64,000 nucleotides of DNA. Source: an uncultured Dehalococcoidia bacterium. Lineage in GTDB: Bacteria; Chloroflexota; Dehalococcoidia; Lucifugimonadales; CATQGZ01. Every line of letters begins with the position of its first letter. Within the stretch, counting starts at the first letter, position 1. The notes below the pieces were generated by a model, which was given only the letters and a program-made list of their open reading frames with translations, searched no databases and was not told the DNA's origin. This document shows positions 47,119-55,251 of the stretch, in pieces. Both the position numbers and the translations under genes were made by a program. The DNA lies in NCBI GenBank assembly GCA_964570875.1, contig CAZMZE010000003.1, positions 11,975 through 75,974 of the forward strand. Direction: 5' to 3'.

Positions 47119-48312
47119 TTACGATTCTATCAAACTCTCCGGAATAGCTCTATTGACAATTTGATAAACCTCTTTTAAAGGCATCCCTGTTTCGATAGCT
47201 ATTTGACGACATGATTCATACTCAGGGATCACATCAATATTGCGGCCATCCAGTTTTTTCAACTTTACATCCACATCTCCTAGGGGAGTACCTATACTAA
47301 TAATTTCTCTTCCAGCCTCATACCTCGTCAAAGGCCTGACTCGAACTCCGAAAGTAGATGATTCACGAATAATTAAGTCTACCGCATCACGTTCTATACT
47401 GGACGACACGATGGTACTTATCATTGTGCCAGGACGATTCTTCTTCATCTGAATTGGTGAGAACCAAACATCAGTGACACCTAATTTAAATAGCTTCTGT
47501 TGGAGGTAGCCCAAATTTTCTGCACTCATATCATCAACATTGGTTTCTATCAAAGTTGTATTGTTTGAGTAAGCAATATCAGGTTCTTCTCCTATCCATA
47601 ATCCAAGAACATTGGGGAAATCAGGTGAATCTTTGCTTCCAAGCCCATAACCTATTTTTTCCAATACGAGATTTGGCTGTCTGAATTCAGACAAAGTTGT
47701 AAGAATAGCCGCTCCAGTTGGTGTAACCATCTCTCCAACGTGAAAAGTATTCCCTGGAGGAGGGACTAAACAAGCACCAGATTTAGCTATCAAATTTGCT
47801 ACGGCTGGGACTGGAGTTGGGAGTGAACCATGATCGCTTTGGATGACACCAGAACCTGAAGGTAGCGGAGAACAATAGAGCCTATCTATTCCTAGCATTT
47901 CTATTGCAATAACACTACCAACCACATCGATCATAGTGTCCATGGTTCCAAGCTCATGAAGAGTAACTAGGTTGACGCTGGTACGATGAACTTCCGCTTC
48001 AGATTCTGCAAGTCGGTTAAATATATCAAGCGCTTTTGATGATATCGATGTGTCAATTGAGGAGGCTGAAATAATTGACTCAAAATCTTGCCAATTATAT
48101 TTCTGGTCATCACAATCATGTAATTCCACAGAAACAGATATTCCTTTTACCCCGCCACGACTCTCGCATCTCGCATTTAAATTGAATTTACTGACTCCGA
48201 ATTCTTCAATTTTTCGAGATAATTCGGCAACTGAAACACCTGCATCTACCACTGCTCCCAAAATCATGTCTCCACTTGCCCCACCAATGCAGTTGAAATA
48301 AGCGCTTTTCAA
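47119..48312 (-). CDS. larC: nickel-pincer cofactor biosynthesis protein LarC (nickel insertase, DUF111 family)
   Basis: 397 aa, single ORF. N-terminal YFNCIGGASGDMILGAVVDAG is the LarC signature. TTG start 4 nt after GGAGGTGA. Confidence 0.88.
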   Translation of the reverse strand: MKSAYFNCIGGASGDMILGAVVDAGVSVAELSRKIEEFGVSKFNLNARCESRGGVKGISVSVELHDCDDQKYNWQDFESIISASSIDTSISSKALDIFNRLAESEAEVHRTSVNLVTLHELGTMDTMIDVVGSVIAIEMLGIDRLYCSPLPSGSGVIQSDHGSLPTPVPAVANLIAKSGACLVPPPGNTFHVGEMVTPTGAAILTTLSEFRQPNLVLEKIGYGLGSKDSPDFPNVLGLWIGEEPDIAYSNNTTLIETNVDDMSAENLGYLQQKLFKLGVTDVWFSPIQMKKNRPGTMISTIVSSSIERDAVDLIIRESSTFGVRVRPLTRYEAGREIISIGTPLGDVDVKLKKLDGRNIDVIPEYESCRQIAIETGMPLKEVYQIVNRAIPESLIES

Positions 48313-48522
48313 TCTGTCACCTCCAACTCCGATAACATCTCATTGTTAACAATAAATCCCGTAGACACTATAACCAAGCCTCCAAAAAGTATCGCGAGAA
48401 TAAGATCATTATACGGATTATGCTCATAATCATTGGCTTGGAACTGTAATTCCCATTATTTCCAGTAATGGAAGTTCCACACACTCTGACCATTTCCTAT
48501 AAATTGCTAACATGTGCCGACC

Positions 48523-48571
48523 AAAGCACGAGGCCATTCGGAAATCAAATTTCCGAATGGCCTCGTGCTTT
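48523..48571 (-). terminator. perfect 23-bp-stem hairpin 12 nt downstream of clpC
   Basis: AAAGCACGAGGCCATTCGGAAAT-CAA-ATTTCCGAATGGCCTCGTGCTTT, checked base by base. The A/T-rich stem base gives short U tracts on both strands. Confidence 0.55.
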
Positions 48572-48583
48572 TAATGAGTATAG

Positions 48584-51058
48584 CTAAGCAGGTGCTACTT
48601 CAATAGGGGACTTAGTTATAACAGTGAGCTTACCATCATTTACATCTATAACAGCGGTATCACCTGGGTTAATGGTTCCATTCAAAACAACATCAGAAAG
48701 TTGGTCTTCAATATTGTCCTGTATTACTCGCCTTAGAGGTCGTGCTCCAAATTTAGGATCAAAGCCCTCTTCAACTAGCCAACTCTTAGCTTCTTCAGTC
48801 ACTTCCATATCAACACCCTTTTGTATCAGGTTAGACGCAACATCTGCCAGCATCAATTCAACTATTTGCTGCATATGGTTTTGACTAAGTGCATGGAAAA
48901 CAACTGTCCCGTCAATTCTATTCAAAAACTCAGGCCTGAAAAATCTCTTTACCTCGTCAAGAACGTTACTCTTCATTCTCTCGTAGGCTGCGGTTTCCTC
49001 TACATCTTCATTATGCTTGGCTAAAAATCCAATTGATCTATCTTGTCTGATCAAATCAGATCCTATATTGCTGGTCATAACTATTATCGTATTCCGAAAA
49101 TCTACCTTCCTGCCTTTTGAATCCGTCAAATGTCCATCGTCAAAAATTTGAAGCAATATGTTAAAAACTTCGGGATTAGCCTTTTCTATTTCGTCCAAAA
49201 GAATCACGCAGTAAGATTTCCGTCGGACAGCTTCTGTCAATTGACCACCCTCGTCGTATCCTATATAACCTGGAGGTGCTCCAACCAATCTTGCCACAGA
49301 ATGTCTTTCCATAAATTCAGACATGTCGATGCGAATCATTGCATCCTCGCCCCCAAACATAAATTCGGCGAGCTTCTTGACCAAAAAAGTTTTGCCCACA
49401 CCAGTGGGTCCCAAGAATATGAACGCCCCTCCTGGACGCTTAGGATCCTTAAGTCCAGCGCGAGAACGCCGAACTGCTTTGGAAACCAAACTTATAGCCT
49501 CATTTTGACCTATAACTTGTTCGTGCAAAGCATCTTCCATATTAACCAGACGTTCACTCTCTTCAAACGCGAGCCTTGTCAGAGGTATTCCCGTCCACAT
49601 ACTTACTACTTCAGCTATGTTTTCCTCTCCTACTACAGGCTTTTCTTCACCCTTTTTATCCGACCACTCTTTCTCAAGCGTAGACAGTTTTTCAATCAGA
49701 CTTGCCTCTCTGTCACGAAGCTCGGATGCATATTCGTAGTGCTTAGAAGAAATAGCTTCATCTTTATCTTTACGTACAGTGGCCAGCATCTTTGTAGCTT
49801 CTTTGATTGATAATGGAGGGCTTCCGAATTTTATCCTAACCCTTGAAGATGCTTCATCAATCAGATCGATCGCCTTGTCAGGCAAAAATCTATCAGTTAT
49901 GAATCTTGCAGCCATACTGGCCGCAACTCCCAACGCTTCGTCAGTGATTTCTAATTCATGGTGCTCTTCGTATCGAGCTTTTATTCCCCGAAGTATCTCT
50001 ACAGTATCATCCGTGCTTGGCTCGCCAACTTTTACAGTTTGAAACCGGCGCTCAAGGGCAGGGTCTCGCTCTACATATTTGCGATAATCATCCATTGTGG
50101 TCGCGCCTATAGTCTGCATTTCTCCTCTCGCAAGAGATGGCTTGAGGATATTTGCGGCATCCACGGCACCTTCAGCTGCTCCGGCACCAACCATTGTGTG
50201 TATTTCGTCAATAAACAGGATCGAGTTACCGGAGGTTTTTATCTCCTCTATAACTTTTTTCAAGCGTTCTTCAAATTCCCCCCTATATTTGGTACCAGCC
50301 ACTAAGGAACCCATATCTAGGGTAACTAACCTCTTACCTTGCAATGTGACAGGAACATCATTGTCGGCTATACGTTGTGCTAATCCTTCAACGATTGCTG
50401 TCTTTCCAACTCCAGGTTCTCCAATGAGAACAGGATTGTTCTTTGTTCTTCGGCTTAATATCTGAGTGACCCGTTCAATTTCTTGTTCGCGGCCTACAGT
50501 CGGGTCTAACTTGCCCATCCGTGCTGCTTCTGTCAGATCGATACCCAGTTGATCAAGAGTAGGAGTTCTATTCGTTGCAGCCTGAGAAGAGCGGCCAGTT
50601 TCTTGGGTGGCAGCGTCTTCAGACAAAATCTTACCTGTTTCAGCCCTGACATTATCCAAAGTAACATCTAAGCTCTCTAGAACGCCTGCCGCTACACCTT
50701 CTCCCTCTCTCATAAGGCCAATGAGCAAATGTTCAGTGCCAATATAATTGTGGCCAAGTCTTCGCGCTTCGTCCACAGATAGCTCTATGACCTTCTTGGC
50801 TCTTGGCGTAAGACCAATATCTCCTTCGGGCTCTCGCTCCCCTCGACCGATAATAAACTCTACTGCGGATCTGATTTTTTTAAGTTCTATCCCTAGGCCG
50901 ACAAGCACCTTAGATGCCGTCCCTTCAGTTTCCCTTACCACTCCCAGCAAAACATGCTCTGTGCCTATGTAGTTGTGGTTGAAACGCTGGGCCTCTTCTT
51001 GGGCCAGCGACAACACCCTGCGAGCTCTTTCTGAGAACTTCTCAAATCTACTTGTCAT
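48584..51058 (-). CDS. clpC: ATP-dependent Clp protease ATP-binding subunit ClpC
   Basis: Duplicated Clp_N repeat, two AAA+ modules (GEPGVGKTA and GPTGVGKTF) and a middle coiled-coil region. The ATG at 51058 is preceded by AAGGAGA; the track start at 51115 adds 19 aa. Confidence 0.95.
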   Translation of the reverse strand: MTSRFEKFSERARRVLSLAQEEAQRFNHNYIGTEHVLLGVVRETEGTASKVLVGLGIELKKIRSAVEFIIGRGEREPEGDIGLTPRAKKVIELSVDEARRLGHNYIGTEHLLIGLMREGEGVAAGVLESLDVTLDNVRAETGKILSEDAATQETGRSSQAATNRTPTLDQLGIDLTEAARMGKLDPTVGREQEIERVTQILSRRTKNNPVLIGEPGVGKTAIVEGLAQRIADNDVPVTLQGKRLVTLDMGSLVAGTKYRGEFEERLKKVIEEIKTSGNSILFIDEIHTMVGAGAAEGAVDAANILKPSLARGEMQTIGATTMDDYRKYVERDPALERRFQTVKVGEPSTDDTVEILRGIKARYEEHHELEITDEALGVAASMAARFITDRFLPDKAIDLIDEASSRVRIKFGSPPLSIKEATKMLATVRKDKDEAISSKHYEYASELRDREASLIEKLSTLEKEWSDKKGEEKPVVGEENIAEVVSMWTGIPLTRLAFEESERLVNMEDALHEQVIGQNEAISLVSKAVRRSRAGLKDPKRPGGAFIFLGPTGVGKTFLVKKLAEFMFGGEDAMIRIDMSEFMERHSVARLVGAPPGYIGYDEGGQLTEAVRRKSYCVILLDEIEKANPEVFNILLQIFDDGHLTDSKGRKVDFRNTIIVMTSNIGSDLIRQDRSIGFLAKHNEDVEETAAYERMKSNVLDEVKRFFRPEFLNRIDGTVVFHALSQNHMQQIVELMLADVASNLIQKGVDMEVTEEAKSWLVEEGFDPKFGARPLRRVIQDNIEDQLSDVVLNGTINPGDTAVIDVNDGKLTVITKSPIEVAPA

Positions 51059-51159
51059 ATACACCATCTCCTTGAGGGGCTTCCAGAATGAAAATCTGTT
51101 CCCTCTGAGAGTCATTCATCACTATTCAAATATTATCATTACCGAACCGAAAATATTTT

Positions 51160-52545
51160 CTACCCATTATCCTGATCACTTTCCTGATCTAATTCTGGCA
51201 GCCCATTATTTTCCAGAACTTCAACTTGCACATCATTCCCGGAGCCGCCTGATGAGCTGTACGATGTGTCGGAAATCAGTCCCTCATCGTCCAGCGCCTG
51301 CCTAAGACTAAGGCCTAACCGCTTACGGTCAGGTTCTATTCTTAGTATCTTGACCCTGATCGGCTGGCCTTCAATCACAATTTCTTTAGGATGTGTGATG
51401 ATTTTGGTACTCAATTCCGATATGTGTATGAGGCCCTCTACTGCATCTTCTACACGCGCAAAGGCTCCGAAATTAGTCAATTTAGTTACAGTAGCATCGA
51501 CTATATCGTCCACGCTGTAACGATCAGTGATATTTTCCCAGGGCTCAGGCTGCAATCTTTTTAGACTCAAAGCGATACGTTTATTTTCCACATCTACTCT
51601 AAGCACATATACATCTATCTCATCTCCTACATTGACCACGTCATGTGGAGTAGATACTTGACTCCACGAAAGCTCTGAGATATGTATCAAGCCATCTGCG
51701 CCACCTAAATCAACGAACGCTCCGAAATTACTTATCCCGGTAACGACACCACTTCGGCGTGCACCTTCCGCAAGTTCCTCAATTAACCGAGCTTTTTGTT
51801 CATCTCTTTGCTGCTGCACAGCCTGTCGTTCTGAAAAAATAGCCCTATTACGACTTCGGTTCACTTCAAGAACTTTTAATTGAAGAGACTTTCCAACATC
51901 TGCATCCATATCGTTTACTGCATTGAGTTTTTCCTCATCTGGATCACGATTTGAACCATTTCCTGCAGATTCATTTTCAGATTGTCCAGGATATTCTTCA
52001 GATTTTCCTGAACCATAGCTGTTGTCTATCCCTTGGTCATCTTGCTGTTCCCTACTTTTGAAATGTGCCTTGGAAATACTCACTAGCTGTGATACAGGGA
52101 CAAATCCATGAACACCTTCAACTTCCACGATTGCCCCACCCCGATTAAAACCGACGATCTTCCCCAAAACCGTTTCATCTGATCCAAGTGCCAGCTCGAT
52201 AGTATGCCATCCATGCTCGCCCACAGCCCGGTCAACCGATAGTATTGCACCTTCCTCTGCGGTTTCTGTGCGAATAACGAAGGTTACAATCTCATCTCCA
52301 ACCTTGAGGCGGTTGAAAGTTTCAGTATCTATCGTTTTCATCTCCGCGGGCGGAACAACACCTTCTGCCTTAGCACCAATGTTTACAAAAATACCGTCGT
52401 GATCGGCAGTCATAACCACTCCCGTGACGATATCGCCTTTTCGGACAGGCTTTATCGGCTGAACAGAATCCAGAAGATCAGCCATGTTGTTGATAGAGTC
52501 GTTGTCACTTTTTGGGATATTCATTTGGCGGTCCAAAACAAGCAA
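51160..52545 (-). CDS. rpsA: 30S ribosomal protein S1 (four S1 domains)
   Basis: Four S1/OB repeats (for example GDIVTGVVM..., VLGKIVGFNRGGAIVEV, SGVVTGISNFGAFVDLGG, VDATVTKLTNFGAFARV). An acidic low-complexity insert and tail. Start codon uncertain (TTG 52545, ATG 52524 or ATG 52485). Confidence 0.85.
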   Translation of the reverse strand: MLVLDRQMNIPKSDNDSINNMADLLDSVQPIKPVRKGDIVTGVVMTADHDGIFVNIGAKAEGVVPPAEMKTIDTETFNRLKVGDEIVTFVIRTETAEEGAILSVDRAVGEHGWHTIELALGSDETVLGKIVGFNRGGAIVEVEGVHGFVPVSQLVSISKAHFKSREQQDDQGIDNSYGSGKSEEYPGQSENESAGNGSNRDPDEEKLNAVNDMDADVGKSLQLKVLEVNRSRNRAIFSERQAVQQQRDEQKARLIEELAEGARRSGVVTGISNFGAFVDLGGADGLIHISELSWSQVSTPHDVVNVGDEIDVYVLRVDVENKRIALSLKRLQPEPWENITDRYSVDDIVDATVTKLTNFGAFARVEDAVEGLIHISELSTKIITHPKEIVIEGQPIRVKILRIEPDRKRLGLSLRQALDDEGLISDTSYSSSGGSGNDVQVEVLENNGLPELDQESDQDNG

Positions 52546-52767
52546 TAGTAGTGGGACTAATTATAGGTTCCCGAGAACTAACTGTAAAGGTATTATCCCT
52601 CATATACCTATTGTTCTATTTTTTATAGAAGTTTTATAGAAGATTGAATGCGAAAATCTGGCGCTAGAGCCCTGACCAAATTCAAGCAGAGATAAAGAAA
52701 ATATCAAACGTAACAGTTACTTAATCAAAATAAGTCTAGTTATGAAGAGTCGGCCAAACAAAAAAAG

Positions 52768-52889
52768 CCCCCTGGCAGTGACCTATTTTCCCACTCCGTT
52801 ACCAGAGCAGTATCGTGAGCGCAGAGGTGCTTAACTACCGTGTTCGGGATGGGAACGGGTGGGTCCACCTCGCAATAACCACCAAGGGA
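52768..52889 (-). rRNA. rrf: 5S ribosomal RNA, not linked to a 23S gene
   Basis: The minus strand reads ...CCTTGGTGGTTATTGCGAGGTGGACCCACCCGTTCCCATCCCGAACACGGTAGTTAAGCACCTCTGCGCTCACGATACTGCTCTGGTAACGGAGTGGGAAAATAGGTCACTGCCAGGG.... The universal CCGAACACGG-AGTTAAGC core is present. Helix I pairs CCTTGGTGG with CTGCCAGGG. Ends are approximate, within 3 nt. Confidence 0.9.
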
Positions 52890-52905
52890 CAATTTTCAGA
52901 TACTA

Positions 52906-52934
52906 ATTATGCAGTGTCTATCTTCAACTGTCAA
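52906..52934 (-). promoter_or_regulatory. sigma70-type promoter TTGACA-N17-CATAAT directly upstream of the 5S rRNA
   Basis: On the minus strand TTGACA is at 52934-52929 and CATAAT at 52911-52906. The predicted transcript start is about 10 nt before the mature 5S 5' end. Confidence 0.5.
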
Positions 52935-53199
52935 CGATCTCAGTCACAAAATAAGACTCTATTCAATAATTGTGCGCTCTATAATTTTTTTGATATTACC
53001 ACCGAATTTGTGTGTCCGAACAATAAGAAAGATCAATTATACAAGAAGGTATGGGATACATATGGATTAAAGTGCCCCATCAATCAGCACCATACAAATT
53101 ACAGTTGTTGTTTATTGTAGAATGTGGCCTTTCCTTCCGAAATAACCAAATATAAGCAACATTCCTATACAATGTACGAAACCACTCGCGGGGTAATAT

Positions 53200-55251
53200 A
53201 TGAACTACCATCTTGGGGTCGACGTAGGCGGTACCTTTACGGACCTAGTACTGTATGACGTAGATACAAATCACATTGAATTGACAAAAACTCCATCCAC
53301 TCCTTCTAACCAAGCTGAAGGCGTGACCACTGGAATTGAAATGCTACTAAAAAGAGTTGCGGTCCCTGCTAGCAATATCAGTTTCCTTATTCACGGAACC
53401 ACAGTGGCAACCAACACCCTTTTGGAACGTAAGGGAGCAAGCACCGCTCTAATTGTTACCGAGGGATTCAGAGACGTGCTTGAAGTCGGACGGCAGGATA
53501 GGCCTGATTTGTACGATTGGCGCATAAAGAAAACCACTCCATTGGTGCCACGGCACTTAAGGTTCGAGATCAAAGAGAGAATTTTATATACAGGAGAAAT
53601 ACACAAAGAGTTGGACCTCCAGGCTCTCCATAGATTGGTCGAAACAATCAGAGTCTCAGGGGCAGAATCAGTGGCTGTCTGCCTTATGCACTCATATGCT
53701 AATCCAAAGCATGAAATCGAGATCGGTCAAACTCTGCAGGAACATTTACCAAATCTGCCAGTATCTCTGTCTCACCAAATCCTCCCCGAATTTAAAGAGT
53801 TCGAGAGAATGAGTACGACAGTTATAAACTCTTATGTATCCCCCGTCATCGGAACATATGTTAACCAACTGACAAATAACATTGTTGAGGCTGGTATAAG
53901 TTCTAATCTATATATCATGCAATCAAATGGCGGAACTATGCTGGCAACTTCGGCGGTGGAACGGCCCGTAAATACAATTTTGTCTGGTCCTGCTGCTGGA
54001 GTCATTGGTAGCGTAGCCATATCAAAACAAGCCTCACAAATGAATGCTATTTGTGTCGACATGGGCGGTACTAGCTTCGATGTTACTCTTGCCCATAATG
54101 GCGAGGTGCGCCAAACCAGAGAAAGTGAAATAGAGAGACTGCCCATTAAAGTACCTATGGTAGACATCCACACACTAGGGGCTGGTGGAGGAAGCATAGC
54201 ATGGATCGATCCTGGTGGAGCCTTGCGCGTTGGACCAAAAAGTTCGGGAGCCGATCCTGGCCCAGCTTGTTACGGCAAGGGAGGAAAGGAACCGACAGTT
54301 ACGGACGCCAATCTGGTGCTTGGCAGGCTTAATCCTCGCCGTTTCTTGGGTGGCAGAATGTCATTAGATACAGACCTGGCGCGGAGCGTTATAGATGAAC
54401 GCCTTGCCAAGCCCCTAGGCCTCAGTATTGAGGCATGCGCAGAAGGAATAATTCGAGTAGTTAACGCAAGTATGATAAAAGGTATCCGGGTTGTATCAGT
54501 AGCTAAGGGATTTGATCCTAGGGATTTTTGCCTTGTCGCATTTGGCGGAGCTGGTCCAGTGCACTCTTCCGAACTTGCCTCTGAGCTTGATATCCCAAAA
54601 GTTTTGGTACCCATTGCCCCAGGTGTAACTTCAGCCTTGGGCTTACTTATGGCAGACCTGAGGCATGATTTCGTTCAAACGGTGCTAAAATCCGGAGATT
54701 CACTAGACCACAATGAAATCAATTCTAAGTTTGCAACTATGGAAGATGAAGCCGTGCAACGCATGCAACAGGATGGTGTCCCGGCAGAACAAGTAACACT
54801 TCTCAGGATGGCAGATATCCGATATGCGGGGCAAGGATATGAGCTCGAAATACCAATTAATTCTGGCAAGCTGACTAAGCAATCAATGAAAAACACAGAA
54901 GATCAATTTCATATGGCACACGAACGCATGTATGGTTATTCTACGCCAGACCGACCAATTGAGGCAGTAAATTTACGTATTACTGCTCTAACAGAACTTC
55001 CTCGACCTAAATTTGTGCCACAAAAATTGGTTCAGCGGAAAAACCCAGAAGTAGCACGTGATAGTCAAAGGAATGTTTATTTCAACGGACGGTTTGTAGA
55101 AACTTTCATTTATTACAGACCGTTACTCCAACCTGGTGACTGTATAAACGGCCCTGCTGTCATCGAACAAGAGGATTCCACAACACTGGTATGGGAAGAT
55201 CAAATTGCGAGAGTAGATGCTTTTTCGAATCTGTTGGTGGAGAGAGTTTAA
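53200..55251 (+). CDS. hyuA: hydantoinase/oxoprolinase family protein, A (HyuA-like) subunit
   Basis: 683 aa with an N-terminal GVDVGGTFTDLV and a second ASKHA-fold ATPase motif VDMGGTSFDV. Confidence 0.9.
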   Translation: MNYHLGVDVGGTFTDLVLYDVDTNHIELTKTPSTPSNQAEGVTTGIEMLLKRVAVPASNISFLIHGTTVATNTLLERKGASTALIVTEGFRDVLEVGRQDRPDLYDWRIKKTTPLVPRHLRFEIKERILYTGEIHKELDLQALHRLVETIRVSGAESVAVCLMHSYANPKHEIEIGQTLQEHLPNLPVSLSHQILPEFKEFERMSTTVINSYVSPVIGTYVNQLTNNIVEAGISSNLYIMQSNGGTMLATSAVERPVNTILSGPAAGVIGSVAISKQASQMNAICVDMGGTSFDVTLAHNGEVRQTRESEIERLPIKVPMVDIHTLGAGGGSIAWIDPGGALRVGPKSSGADPGPACYGKGGKEPTVTDANLVLGRLNPRRFLGGRMSLDTDLARSVIDERLAKPLGLSIEACAEGIIRVVNASMIKGIRVVSVAKGFDPRDFCLVAFGGAGPVHSSELASELDIPKVLVPIAPGVTSALGLLMADLRHDFVQTVLKSGDSLDHNEINSKFATMEDEAVQRMQQDGVPAEQVTLLRMADIRYAGQGYELEIPINSGKLTKQSMKNTEDQFHMAHERMYGYSTPDRPIEAVNLRITALTELPRPKFVPQKLVQRKNPEVARDSQRNVYFNGRFVETFIYYRPLLQPGDCINGPAVIEQEDSTTLVWEDQIARVDAFSNLLVERV

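Noticed and set aside
49130-49810. 226-aa plus-strand ORF, the longest antisense ORF in the window, and its neighbours between 48624 and 51305
   Set aside because: The opposite strand encodes a full-length ClpC with both AAA+ modules. The antisense translations have no motifs and an odd composition (Phe/Ser/Leu-rich).
52621-52642. Tandem direct repeat TTTTATAGAAG x2 upstream of rpsA
   Set aside because: It is only two copies of an 11-mer in AT-rich promoter DNA. This is most simply duplicated -10-like/UP-element sequence, not a repeat family or array.
52815-53120. 101-aa plus-strand ORF
   Set aside because: Its 5' part is antisense to the 5S rRNA gene and the rest runs through the AT-rich 5S promoter and spacer region. 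It has no SD and no recognisable motif.
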